A stretch of DNA of 39,304 nucleotides, taken from positions 1 to 39,304 of the IMG/VR virus record IMGVR_UViG_3300016657_000039. One strand, given 5' to 3'. The DNA comes from a virus. Taxonomy: Duplodnaviria > Caudoviricetes. The notes under the pieces are model-generated. The model was not told the origin of the DNA. It saw nothing but the letters and a program-made list of their open reading frames with translations, and made no database searches. The translations under genes were made by a program, and so were the position numbers. Positions 17,308-26,941 of this stretch are shown here, one piece after another. Each line of letters begins with the position of its first letter. Position 1 is the first letter of the stretch.

Positions 17308-17744
17308 ATCAACCAAACGTTATCTAAATAGTTTTCTAAAGTCATATAATAAAGCATATCAAATAATTCTTCAGTTTGCTGTTGGTCAAGATTAAATTGC
17401 TCTATTCCGTATTTTAACGCTATTCTTTCAAACTTGTAATCTGTTGAAAAAATTTCATACTTTTTATCGCCTTTTTTCTGAATTGTCAAACCTCTACCTA
17501 ATGCGCCTGTTAAAGTTAAATCTACATAACCTCCAGCACGTGGGTTAGTTGATACTTTAAACGCTTGATATTCTGAATTTCTATATTCGCCTATAATATC
17601 ATTATTTACACCTTTACCAAACGCCCATCTTCTACGAATACCCTCTACAATTTGCTCACTGTTAAATATTATCAGAGTTCCCAATACTTGAGGAATCATC
17701 TGTTTTTCTTTTTGAGCTTTTTGTAGTATTTTTTGATATTCCAT
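17304..17744 (-). CDS. Putative neck/tail completion protein
   Basis: Synteny; VDLTLTGAL motif resembling virion morphogenesis proteins. Confidence 0.55.
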   Translation of the reverse strand: MEYQKILQKAQKEKQMIPQVLGTLIIFNSEQIVEGIRRRWAFGKGVNNDIIGEYRNSEYQAFKVSTNPRAGGYVDLTLTGALGRGLTIQKKGDKKYEIFSTDYKFERIALKYGIEQFNLDQQQTEELFDMLYYMTLENYLDNVWLI

Positions 17745-17868
17745 TTTGTTTAAGTGCTGAAATTATTTCTTTGTCTGCTAACTTTGGATTTACTTTTTTT
17801 AATAACTCAAATCTATCTTCAAAGCTCCAAACTAAATCCTCGTTAAAATCTGTATTTAATATTTTCAT
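17662..17868 (-). CDS. Hypothetical protein after the major tail protein
   Basis: ORF with A-rich start context. Confidence 0.55.
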   Translation of the reverse strand: MKILNTDFNEDLVWSFEDRFELLKKVNPKLADKEIISALKQNGISKNTTKSSKRKTDDSSSIGNSDNI

Positions 17869-17885
17869 ATCTTTTTGTTTTTACT

Positions 17886-17914
17886 AAAAACCCCCTCAAA
17901 TAGTGAGAGGGTTT
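17886..17914 (-). terminator. Intrinsic terminator after the major tail protein gene
   Basis: Minus strand AAACCCTCTCA-loop-TGAGGGGGTTTTT. Confidence 0.7.
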
Positions 17915-17943
17915 AAAGAATTATGAACTAAACTAAAACTAAA

Positions 17944-18858
17944 CTATGCTATTACAGTTGCTGTTGCTGTGTTTGATTTGTAATATTTCAATTCTGTATC
18001 TGCCACAATACCATTTAAAGATACTTCTACTACTTCGGCTAATCCTAAAGCTGGAATAGTTAATGTAGCAACATTTGCAGTAATTGATACAGCCGAAATA
18101 GTAGCACTAACTCCAGCAACCAAAACTTTCCAATCTCCAACAGTATCAAATAAAGAAGCATAAGAAATAGAACTATTATAACCATCTACTAAAGTAACTT
18201 TAACACTTGTATTACCATCTTCTGGTACTGAATCAAATGCAACTTCTGCTTGAATAACACCATCAATTTCTAAAGCATTAAATCCTATTTCTTCATAAGG
18301 GAAGAAAACCCAACGAGTGTTGAACTCTTCAGCAGAAACTAATTGTAAAGTAGCTTTAGAAAATTCAGTTTCAGCACCTACTTTAAATTTGTAAGAATCA
18401 ACATCTAACATTCCAGCGTTAAACCCTTTTAAAGCAGTTTTTGACGTGTTATAAGCCATCAAAATACCTTTAGTAAAATAGAACATTGCATCCCATCTGT
18501 TTTGACCTTTTAAATAGTAAACCGCTTTATGGAATCCTAAACCTTTTTTAAACGTAAAGTTATACATTGGTTTTCCAGCTCTAACAGATTCCATCAAACC
18601 TACACTTGAAGTTGAACGCTCACTTTCTGGTGTTGTGTCCTCAAAAGCATAAGAGTTAATAACTTGGTGTAATTTTCCATCTGTGATTAAAGCTCTAAAA
18701 GCTGTTTCATCAAATGAATCTGTTGCAATTGACAAAGTAGTACCTTTCTTTAAAAGTCCTAAACCTTGCAAATCGCCTAAATCAGTAATCGGACATTCTC
18801 CAATTCCTGTTCCTAAAATATCTTCGGAGCATTGTCCGAAAGCGTTTATTTTTATCAT
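17944..18858 (-). CDS. Putative major tail (tube) protein
   Basis: 304 aa; position after the head-tail genes; followed by a terminator; Ig-like C-terminus. Confidence 0.7.
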   Translation of the reverse strand: MIKINAFGQCSEDILGTGIGECPITDLGDLQGLGLLKKGTTLSIATDSFDETAFRALITDGKLHQVINSYAFEDTTPESERSTSSVGLMESVRAGKPMYNFTFKKGLGFHKAVYYLKGQNRWDAMFYFTKGILMAYNTSKTALKGFNAGMLDVDSYKFKVGAETEFSKATLQLVSAEEFNTRWVFFPYEEIGFNALEIDGVIQAEVAFDSVPEDGNTSVKVTLVDGYNSSISYASLFDTVGDWKVLVAGVSATISAVSITANVATLTIPALGLAEVVEVSLNGIVADTELKYYKSNTATATVIA

Positions 18859-18861
18859 TTT

Positions 18862-19404
18862 TTAATTATTATTAATTATACATTTTGGAGTTATCTCCAT
18901 TTTTAATCTTAAAATCTTTGCATCTACAAGAACGATACCAACTGATTTTGTTTGCTTTGATGTTGTTGTCGCAAAATCGTTTGAAGTTAACAAAGGATTA
19001 TTTGTTTCAACACCATAGTTAGGCTCATCTTTATAAGGAATTGGTTTTCCTTCGTTTAATAAAGTAACGTATGTATGTTGTGTTAATGTTTTATTAACCA
19101 ATTCGTAAAGCGGTTCAATATACTTTAAATACGTTTGCTCGTATCTTGCAGTATTTAATATTTCGCTTTTAGTTCCTTGAAACAATATCAATTGACTTTC
19201 AACTCTTAACCTACCATTACCTAAAGGTGTAGGAGCGTTAATAACGTACCAAATTAAAGGATATTTTTGCGACTTCATTTTAGTTGCTACCCAATAATTA
19301 AATTCTTTTTGGTCTCCGAAATGAAACTGTACAGAAATTTCTTTACTATCAACTAAAATAGTTTTGTCTTTGAATATTTCTTTTAAAGCCATTCCGATTA
19401 TCAT
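18862..19404 (-). CDS. Putative tail terminator/head-tail joining protein
   Basis: Synteny; KYPLIW motif. Confidence 0.55.
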   Translation of the reverse strand: MIIGMALKEIFKDKTILVDSKEISVQFHFGDQKEFNYWVATKMKSQKYPLIWYVINAPTPLGNGRLRVESQLILFQGTKSEILNTARYEQTYLKYIEPLYELVNKTLTQHTYVTLLNEGKPIPYKDEPNYGVETNNPLLTSNDFATTTSKQTKSVGIVLVDAKILRLKMEITPKCIINNN

Positions 19405-20036
19405 ATTCCTAAAGAGTTTTTAAAGTTAATAATACCAGCTTTGAAGTCTGGATAATCTTCTTTATTATCTTGCAAAAATTGTAAGTAAGAAACGTAACCG
19501 CTTTGATTTTCTTTACACTCATAAACAACACAATCAAAATCAATTCTATTGTTTTTTGAGTTTACATAGTGTTTTGAATTTCCTTGATACATTTCTACAA
19601 ACTCATTCCATACACTTAATAAATGGTCTGTCGGATTTACTACAACTCCATTTTTTGGTTCGATTGCTATCTGTCCTAAAATTGAATTAGTAGTATTTTG
19701 ATAATGGTTAACATAAGTATAATTTGCTAATAAAGAAACTTTATAAAGTCCTAACTCATATTTTAAACCTTGCCAAACGTAATCAACACCATCTTTAGTA
19801 TAATAACATCCGTTAACTAAATTAAGCCACTTTTGAGGAGCTGTAATTTCAAGCTCCCCATCTGTGACATAACTATCAAAATCTGGAAACAAAACATTAC
19901 CTAAAGTCATTTGCATATATTGGCGACAATATCTATCAATTGACATTTCTAAATCAATAGAAGCATCACTTGTTGGTTCTTCCGTATTTGGTACGTGAAG
20001 ATTTCTTATAAAATATTCTTTGCCAATTATATACAT
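19401..20036 (-). CDS. Putative head-tail adaptor
   Basis: Synteny after the capsid gene. Confidence 0.55.
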   Translation of the reverse strand: MYIIGKEYFIRNLHVPNTEEPTSDASIDLEMSIDRYCRQYMQMTLGNVLFPDFDSYVTDGELEITAPQKWLNLVNGCYYTKDGVDYVWQGLKYELGLYKVSLLANYTYVNHYQNTTNSILGQIAIEPKNGVVVNPTDHLLSVWNEFVEMYQGNSKHYVNSKNNRIDFDCVVYECKENQSGYVSYLQFLQDNKEDYPDFKAGIINFKNSLGI

Positions 20037-20272
20037 TATTTACTTTTTTTAGATTTATTTTCCTTTTTAACTTCAACAACTTCTGAAACTTTTTCAGAAA
20101 CTTCTTCTTTTATTTCTGGAGCTTTACAACCTATACAACCGCCTTCGTTTACAATTTCCTCACTTGCAATTGCATTGCTTACAAAGAAATTTGCAGTTAA
20201 ATCCTTTTCAATATCGTATGTTTCTCCTTTTTTAAAAGAACCGAAGTTTTTATTAAAAGTTAACGTTCTCAT
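20036..20272 (-). CDS. Small hypothetical protein after the capsid gene
   Basis: ORF with K/E-rich tail. Confidence 0.6.
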   Translation of the reverse strand: MRTLTFNKNFGSFKKGETYDIEKDLTANFFVSNAIASEEIVNEGGCIGCKAPEIKEEVSEKVSEVVEVKKENKSKKSK

Positions 20273-20276
20273 TTTA

Positions 20277-21521
20277 TTAAACGTTTGTAATATCTGTTAA
20301 CGCTTGAGCAATATCAGTACACTTCATAAATGCATCTCTATCAATAATAGGCACGTGAAATTGAACTCTTTCAACAGCTTTAACTGTAACTGTTTCAGTT
20401 TCAAAATTAGTGTCATTCTCGTAAGACATTTCAACTGTTAATGCTTTTCTATCTAAAATTTGACCTTTAGTAGAATCCATAACATATAAAGTGTTTGGAG
20501 CTACTAATGGAGATGTAACGATTTGCATACCATTTAATAAACCTCCATTTGTAAGCACAAAGTTTGGAAGTAAATAGTCATTTTGAGCGTTTTTTTGGTG
20601 CATAAAACGAACTTTGTCGTTATAATTCATCAAAATAGTATCAGGTTGCCAAGCGTTTTCTTGCCCGAAAGTAACGATTTGAGCAGACATTGCGCCTGTT
20701 AATTCAGCAAGTGTTGGAGCTTGAAAACCATTACCACCAGCACCATCGAAAGGAGCTAATACGTTAGCAGGGTCAAATTCAGAAGCAATTGTTTCAATAG
20801 ATAAAATATCAGTTGGATTTGTTCCAGTTCCTGCTAAAATTTCGCTTTCTTCTTTAGCTTTTAAAGATTGTTCTACTAATTGTCTAATTTCAGCACCTAC
20901 GAAATCGTAGTCGTCCATCATATCAACACAAATATCTACATAATCACGAATTTTAGTAATTTGTACAGTTCTTTCAACCCATGTTTTTTTGGTATTGTGT
21001 GTTGAACTTGCACAAGCAACCACTACTTTAGCATCACGAGTTACAGTGTTTTCTTCACGATACTTTACATATTCCTTATTAACTGGAGTTCTACGGAATA
21101 AATCAGTAACACTAAACTTTCTGAAAGGTAATCTTCCAGTCCCTTCAAATCTTTGAGCGTAATTATCTCTATCTGCAATATCAGAAGGAGCTTGCGAAGC
21201 CTTAACCGTAATAGATAAAGTACCAGACTTTTTATTCAAGAAGTCTTTAATAGCATCGTTGTTATCTTTTAACGCTTTAGCAACTGCATCTTTTACATCT
21301 TCATTTTCTTTAGAAGTTTGCTCTAACAATTGGTTAGCTACTTCTTTAGCTAAAAAGTCTTTTAATTCAGTCTTTGCTGTTTCTAAAGACTTAACTTGCT
21401 CTGCTGATAATTCAGCTTTTAATTCTGCTTTATTAGACGCTTCCAATTCGTTTTTGTATGCGTCTAATTCTGCTGGAGTCATTTTTTCTAACTCCTCTGT
21501 TGATTTTTTTACAAAATTCAT
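20277..21521 (-). CDS. Major capsid protein (HK97 fold, N-terminal delta-like coiled coil)
   Basis: 414 aa; EILAGTG; ILMN...KNAQNDYL; C-terminal ERV pattern. Confidence 0.88.
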   Translation of the reverse strand: MNFVKKSTEELEKMTPAELDAYKNELEASNKAELKAELSAEQVKSLETAKTELKDFLAKEVANQLLEQTSKENEDVKDAVAKALKDNNDAIKDFLNKKSGTLSITVKASQAPSDIADRDNYAQRFEGTGRLPFRKFSVTDLFRRTPVNKEYVKYREENTVTRDAKVVVACASSTHNTKKTWVERTVQITKIRDYVDICVDMMDDYDFVGAEIRQLVEQSLKAKEESEILAGTGTNPTDILSIETIASEFDPANVLAPFDGAGGNGFQAPTLAELTGAMSAQIVTFGQENAWQPDTILMNYNDKVRFMHQKNAQNDYLLPNFVLTNGGLLNGMQIVTSPLVAPNTLYVMDSTKGQILDRKALTVEMSYENDTNFETETVTVKAVERVQFHVPIIDRDAFMKCTDIAQALTDITNV

Positions 21522-21532
21522 TTTCTTAAATT

Positions 21533-22378
21533 TTAAATTATTACACTTCTTTTTCGTTTTGGAGTTTCTTGCTCCGATTGAGTGTCTTTCGACGAGTCAA
21601 TATTTTCTGTTATATCAAGAGTGTCTTTCGACGAGTCTTGTTTATTTTCCACAGATAGTGTTGGTGTTGCTGAATTGCTACCCATTACAACAGCACTACC
21701 CTCAATTATTTGCGCTTCACTTACTACCCAAAAATAACCTCTTTCATCTGCTACTTCTTTATTGACTACTACTGGATAGTATTTGTCCCATAACTCTTTT
21801 TCATCTTTATCCCATTCACTCTCTGAATTAATAGCTAAGTCAATTTTAACGTAACGCATACCAACTGAATGATTTTTAACCCAACCATTGGCATATTGCT
21901 TAAACATAAATTCATTACGTTTCTTTTCAATAACACTATCAAATATTAAAGCTTCTGTTTTACCATTGTAAGGTAATCCTAAAGACTTCCAAGAAATGCT
22001 TTCAATATATCCTTTAGCGTTATCACTAATTACTTTATCAAAATCTCTATTATGTTCTTGTAGATGTAAAAACTCTTTTTTATTGCTAACTGAACGATTC
22101 CAAATTCCGTTAATATGTAAATCGTTATGACTATCAATAAAGTTAGTTGTGTTAATAACTACTTTTACTTGTAGTTTATCAATTTCTGTTGTAGTTCCGT
22201 TTTCTTCTTTATTAGCAATTAAATTACTTGTTTCTGAATTAACATAACTTACAGCATCAGCTCTTTTTTCAGTAGATTTTTTTAAAGCAACTAAAGATGG
22301 TTTATTTTCTTTTAATGCTTTGAATAGTTCTTCTTGTGAACTAAATTCTCTATCTGGAAATTCTTTACATACTATCAT
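21533..22378 (-). CDS. Putative prohead protease
   Basis: Between portal and capsid; DSHND, HSVG, EGSAV...N motifs. Confidence 0.72.
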   Translation of the reverse strand: MIVCKEFPDREFSSQEELFKALKENKPSLVALKKSTEKRADAVSYVNSETSNLIANKEENGTTTEIDKLQVKVVINTTNFIDSHNDLHINGIWNRSVSNKKEFLHLQEHNRDFDKVISDNAKGYIESISWKSLGLPYNGKTEALIFDSVIEKKRNEFMFKQYANGWVKNHSVGMRYVKIDLAINSESEWDKDEKELWDKYYPVVVNKEVADERGYFWVVSEAQIIEGSAVVMGSNSATPTLSVENKQDSSKDTLDITENIDSSKDTQSEQETPKRKRSVII

Positions 22379-22491
22379 TTTTTAACCTCTTTATCGTTAA
22401 GTAATATTTCTTTGCGTTTCTCTAATGCTTTTTTTAATTCTGGACTTAAATCTCTATCCTTTAGCATTTTTTCAATCTCTTTAGTATCCAT
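22375..22491 (-). CDS. Small ORF (38 aa, MDTKEIEKMLKDRDLSPELKKALEKRKEILLNDKEVKK), not in the ORF track
   Basis: Fills the portal-protease gap, overlapping both neighbours (ATGA coupling). Confidence 0.55.
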   Translation of the reverse strand: MDTKEIEKMLKDRDLSPELKKALEKRKEILLNDKEVKK

Positions 22492-23686
22492 AAATCTCTT
22501 TTAGTTTATTAGTTATAATTTTAGGGTCTAAACCTAACTCCTGAGCTACTTTTAAATTGTTCAACTCAATTGTAGTGTTCGCTATTTTTTCGCTTTCAAA
22601 CACTGCATTAAATGGCAAATGTTTAAATGTACCTCTAATATCTTCTTTTTCTAAAATAATTTCGTATAAGTCAGAGTGTTGCTGTGCTTTTGGCATCATT
22701 GCGTAATCGATAAAAGAACCGATTGCTTTTTCTTTATTCTCAAACGTTGAACCTTTCGCAAGTATATCTAAAATATCTTTGCCTAAATCGTACATATTAC
22801 CTATAATAGATAAATCAGCAATATAACTTTCGTCTAATTTTAAGCTCGATAAGTTCGTTACTAATTGCTTAACATCTATTTTTTGTTTAGTAGCGTAAAT
22901 CTCTTTATTGCTTTGTAAACCTTTAGTTATACTATCCTTTTCAGCATCACCCATAGGAGTACTAAATTGGTCGCTTGCGTCGTGTTGTCCGCTCACACTA
23001 AATTTAGTTGTATAAAATAAGTTTCTATTCTTTGCTTTTAAACTTAATTCGCTATTCTTTACAACTTGATATAAAGCATCTAAACGGCTGTTGCCTTCCA
23101 ACCAATTACCACTCACAGAATTTGATAAATCAGAAAGAATATAAAGGTTTTCAAGTTTTAATGTTTGCCATTCCGCATCGTCGTTAAATCTTGCTTTAAA
23201 TTGTCCTTTACGTGATTGTTTTACTTGATATTCAGAAAATCTAAATTTGTTTATTTCTTTTAATTGGCTGTCTTTTATATCCATATTCATTGGATTTAAG
23301 CAATACCAAGTATCATTTTCTACATAGATATAAGCATTGCCTAAATCACGCCAAAAAGATATGTCAAAATGAAAATCAACCCAACTTTGCATAGGGTTTG
23401 GCTGTTTCTTGTAAGTATATAAAAAGTCAGTAGTAACTAATTTATCATTTGAATATTCGTTAAACTTAATTTGACTATATACATTCGCACGATAAGACAA
23501 AACTTTTAATACTGCTGGATTGTATAACGCTGATTCAATTCTTTTTTTGTGGTCTTTAAATCCTTTACAGCTATCGCTACCATTAAAAAAGTCTTTTATA
23601 CCATACCAATAAGAGCCATCTGTTAAACGCTCCACGTAGTTAGGTAGTTTATTATTTCCGAATGATAAATTAAAGTTAAACGCCAT
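22481..23686 (-). CDS. Portal protein
   Basis: 401 aa; PNPMQSW...GNAYIY, SRLDAL, STFEN motifs; position. Confidence 0.82.
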   Translation of the reverse strand: MAFNFNLSFGNNKLPNYVERLTDGSYWYGIKDFFNGSDSCKGFKDHKKRIESALYNPAVLKVLSYRANVYSQIKFNEYSNDKLVTTDFLYTYKKQPNPMQSWVDFHFDISFWRDLGNAYIYVENDTWYCLNPMNMDIKDSQLKEINKFRFSEYQVKQSRKGQFKARFNDDAEWQTLKLENLYILSDLSNSVSGNWLEGNSRLDALYQVVKNSELSLKAKNRNLFYTTKFSVSGQHDASDQFSTPMGDAEKDSITKGLQSNKEIYATKQKIDVKQLVTNLSSLKLDESYIADLSIIGNMYDLGKDILDILAKGSTFENKEKAIGSFIDYAMMPKAQQHSDLYEIILEKEDIRGTFKHLPFNAVFESEKIANTTIELNNLKVAQELGLDPKIITNKLKEIYGY

Positions 23687-23696
23687 ATTTATATAA

Positions 23697-23805
23697 TAAA
23701 AAAGCGTATAGCCTTACCAATTTAATGATAAGGTTATACGCTAACTATTTGCTTTTTGTTCTCTGTCATCACGACAATAAACCGAATTAATTAAATACAA
23801 AGATA
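23697..23805 (-). promoter_or_regulatory. Late promoter and structured leader with terminator-like hairpin upstream of the portal gene
   Basis: TATCTTTG (23798-23805); TGTC-GTGAT-GACA hairpin; AGCGTATAACCTTA/TAAGGCTATACGCT followed by a T-run. Confidence 0.55.
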
Positions 23806-23844
23806 TACTTTTTTTTTAATATGCAATCTTTTTTTAAATTATTT

Positions 23845-24009
23845 TTATTTAAATAAAACTTTATGTATAATTTTATCTTTGTAATTTATAGGAAAAGGTT
23901 TCATTTTTAAACTATGATATGGAAATCCTTTCACTTCACACATTTTTTTAAAATTTCCGAATACTTCTACTTCTTCGGAAATTACCACTATTACATTTTT
24001 ACGTTGCAT
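23845..24009 (-). CDS. Small ORF (54 aa, MQRKNVIVVISEEVEVFGNFKKMC...), not in the ORF track
   Basis: TAATG coupling to the upstream ORF. Confidence 0.55.
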   Translation of the reverse strand: MQRKNVIVVISEEVEVFGNFKKMCEVKGFPYHSLKMKPFPINYKDKIIHKVLFK

Positions 24010-24350
24010 TATTTTACAGTATTTAAAATGAAATCAATTGCATCTTTTATATCTTCATTGTAAGAAATTGTAAAATCCGTTCCGGTAGATGAAGAAGCTC
24101 TTTTAATAACAAAAGAAAAATCAGAAGATGAATGATAAACAGTTCCTTGTTTGTGGTCTGCAATTCTTACTGATTTATCGTTTAAATCAAAATATTTGCC
24201 GTTAAAATAAGACCATAAAGAAGAAATTAAAAGTTGTTGTCTTTCGATTTCATAATCTTCCATATCTAAATCTCCATTATCTTCTCTTTCGTTAATGATT
24301 TCTAATTCTGTGTAAAAATCTTCGATTGCTTGTGTGTTAAAAGTTGTCAT
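24009..24350 (-). CDS. Hypothetical moron-like gene between terminase and portal
   Basis: 113 aa acidic protein with its own promoter-like leader; VRIADH motif. Confidence 0.7.
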   Translation of the reverse strand: MTTFNTQAIEDFYTELEIINEREDNGDLDMEDYEIERQQLLISSLWSYFNGKYFDLNDKSVRIADHKQGTVYHSSSDFSFVIKRASSSTGTDFTISYNEDIKDAIDFILNTVK

Positions 24351-24425
24351 AATTTCTATTTGTTTATTATTATGATGTAAAGATACGACTTATTTTTATA
24401 TACACAAACTTTTTTGTATTTTTTT

Positions 24426-25673
24426 TTAAATTATTTTTATTATACCGATATTAAATAAATGTTGAACTACATAACTGATAGCATCTATAGTGTGGTTATT
24501 CTTATCTTCTGGCTCTTCTAAAGACTTGCCAAACTTATCTTTTGCGTAACAATATGAACGTTGTTCAAAATCTATATTTTTACTTTCATTAGTATAATAA
24601 ATGTTTATATTTTGCATTGTTGTAATTCTGTCTATTAATTTAGACTTATTACTAATTGCTACAGCTTGCTCCCATCCAGCTTGACGCAAAGTAAATATTT
24701 TATTTGGTCTGTTACTATCGCAAATAATAGGCTTGTCTTTTTGAACTCCCCATTTAGTAAACAACCACGTTACTAAACCATCATTTGTAGCTCCGTTAAT
24801 TTGATGTAATTCAGTTGAATTTAAACGTGTTCTAATTTCGTTTTCGCTTGAGTAGTTAATTTCATGAACATATAAATTTCCATCATAATATTTAGCCATT
24901 ACTACAGCGAAAGGGTCAACTGAACCCCAGTCAACGCCATAATAAATAGGCGCATTAATATTTAAAAAGTCTGTATATTGTATTTGATTCCAAAAATATA
25001 TACGCCCTTCTACACTACCAACGTTACCAAGTCCGTAAACATTCCAACGATTCGCCCAGTATTCGTTTTTAATAGTTCCATCTTCGTTATATCCTTTTTT
25101 CTTGTATTCTAAAATAGATTCAACCTCTTCTTTAGGTAGATATTCATTATCTGTAAAATCTAATTGTACAAAGTTATTATCATTAATTAAATCGTGTCCC
25201 CAAAATAAACTATCAGGGTTAAAGTCGATAAGATTTACTTTAGAACGTGATGCAACTTGAATGTAAGCGTCTAATTTAATCTTATTAGCTTCATTAAAAT
25301 AAACAACATCCCTACGCATCCCCTTACCGACATCGTGCATATCTAAACCTAAAAACTCGACAAAAGAACCATCAGGAAAAGTATATATATTTTCTGATTT
25401 ATTCCAGTTTCCAAGCTCGTACATATTCCAATCTTTTAGGATATTTAAAAAGTCCCTAACTACTGTACGCTTCATTTTAGATAGCTCATCAGATACAATA
25501 GAAATCTTTTTATCTTTTGTTCTAAATCCTAAATCAATAATTAGCATTAGAATAGATATAGTCTTACTCGCACCTTGTCCACCTTGAATGACAAAAACCC
25601 TCCTATCATTTTTTAGTAAGGTTTGAATTTTATAAAATGCAGTTGTAGGTTTATATTTAAACTTCGTCATCAT
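24426..25673 (-). CDS. terL: Terminase large subunit (PBSX-like)
   Basis: Walker A QGGQGASKT; Walker B VYFNEA; DFNP; nuclease GVDWG and NHTIDA. Confidence 0.92.
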   Translation of the reverse strand: MMTKFKYKPTTAFYKIQTLLKNDRRVFVIQGGQGASKTISILMLIIDLGFRTKDKKISIVSDELSKMKRTVVRDFLNILKDWNMYELGNWNKSENIYTFPDGSFVEFLGLDMHDVGKGMRRDVVYFNEANKIKLDAYIQVASRSKVNLIDFNPDSLFWGHDLINDNNFVQLDFTDNEYLPKEEVESILEYKKKGYNEDGTIKNEYWANRWNVYGLGNVGSVEGRIYFWNQIQYTDFLNINAPIYYGVDWGSVDPFAVVMAKYYDGNLYVHEINYSSENEIRTRLNSTELHQINGATNDGLVTWLFTKWGVQKDKPIICDSNRPNKIFTLRQAGWEQAVAISNKSKLIDRITTMQNINIYYTNESKNIDFEQRSYCYAKDKFGKSLEEPEDKNNHTIDAISYVVQHLFNIGIIKII

Positions 25674-26118
25674 TAGATTTGTCTAAAGGGTTTTCATTAA
25701 ATACTGGAGTTTTAACTTCTGCCTTTACTTCCATTTCTTTTTTGTCAGATAACCCGTTTATACGTGCTGTTAAATTTTGAGAATAAATCATTACTAAACC
25801 ACCTGTTAATTGGTCATTTCTAATTTCTCTTTTAATACGTGATGAGATAGGGAAATAATCTTTATAACTTTCATTCTTACCTTCAAAATATTCTGTTAAA
25901 TCAGGGTAATTAATTTCTGTGTTATCCATTACGTAGCATTCAAAACCTTCCATTGTTAAAGGTTTTTCTTTTTCTCTAAATACAGTATCGGCATCTTTAC
26001 CAACCCAATCTTTAACAATTATAGGATTGTCTTTTACGTGCTTTTTATAATCTGTAAATAAATCCCATAACTTTTGTGGAGTTTCTATGTATTTCTTTTT
26101 ACCCATACCATTAATCAA
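25657..26118 (-). CDS. terS: Terminase small subunit (P22 gp3-like DNA-packaging protein)
   Basis: Upstream of TerL; ETPQKLW, KPLTMEGF, ARINGLSDK motifs. Confidence 0.8.
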   Translation of the reverse strand: MINGMGKKKYIETPQKLWDLFTDYKKHVKDNPIIVKDWVGKDADTVFREKEKPLTMEGFECYVMDNTEINYPDLTEYFEGKNESYKDYFPISSRIKREIRNDQLTGGLVMIYSQNLTARINGLSDKKEMEVKAEVKTPVFNENPLDKSNDDEV

Positions 26119-26453
26119 TTCATTTTATAAGTTTCACGCCTTTAAATTTTAAAGTGCATTTTTTCACTTACTGACATAATTTTAAAAACTTTTCATTAAT
26201 ATATTTTATTATAAGTTTATCTTTTTTGTTTTTTGGTTCGCCTATAATTGAAATTGCTATTTCTTTTTGTTTAATTAGTTTAAGTATATTATTCATAGCT
26301 TAGTTGTATCAATTGAAATTATACTTTCTTTTAATTCTTTTCCTTTTAGTATTTTGAACTCTTCATTTACATAGTTTCTTTCGCTCTCTGAAATATCTTT
26401 TAGAGCTTGTTTTTTACTTTTGCTTTGTCCTACTTTACTATAACCTTTTTTCA

Positions 26454-26666
26454 TTATGGCGTATTATCATTATCACAACCTAAAAATACATACCCTTGAG
26501 GTAAGTTAATAGGTTCATTTGTTTCACAATTTAATTCTAACGGCATTACTTCACGCATTGGAGTATTTTCTATTCGTACCCACGCATTACAACCGCAGTT
26601 ATTTTCTTCTTCACTTGAGCAACTTAATAAAATTGCAATTGATAAAATTAATAATAGTTTTTTCAT
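26454..26666 (-). CDS. Small lipoprotein
   Basis: MKKLLLILSIAILLS-C lipobox followed by acidic SSEEE. Confidence 0.7.
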   Translation of the reverse strand: MKKLLLILSIAILLSCSSEEENNCGCNAWVRIENTPMREVMPLELNCETNEPINLPQGYVFLGCDNDNTP

Positions 26667-26668
26667 AA

Positions 26669-26941
26669 TTAATTATGTAATATAATTACGTTAGTATGTA
26701 AATCTTTTACAAAATCATCTTCAATAATTTGCTTTTCTAATATTTGTATATTTTTTAAATTAATTTTATAATGTTTGTAACAAGATTTTTTAGCTATATT
26801 TATTAATCTATTAAAGTAATCTTTGTTTAATTCTATTGAATTACTTGCTTTTTCACTACAATAAAATTTTGTAATTCCTAATCTTAAATTATTTTTTGCT
26901 CTAATAAAATTTAATTTCCTGTTTTTATTGTTGTTTTTCAT
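26669..26941 (-). CDS. Hypothetical protein
   Basis: ORF right after a TAAATTTG promoter box (26947-26954). Confidence 0.5.
   Translation of the reverse strand: MKNNNKNRKLNFIRAKNNLRLGITKFYCSEKASNSIELNKDYFNRLINIAKKSCYKHYKINLKNIQILEKQIIEDDFVKDLHTNVIILHN

Noticed and set aside
16473-17316. Programmed -1 frameshift for tail chaperones
   Set aside because: The two overlapping ORFs are related by +1, not -1; a GTG start at 17126 explains most of the overlap
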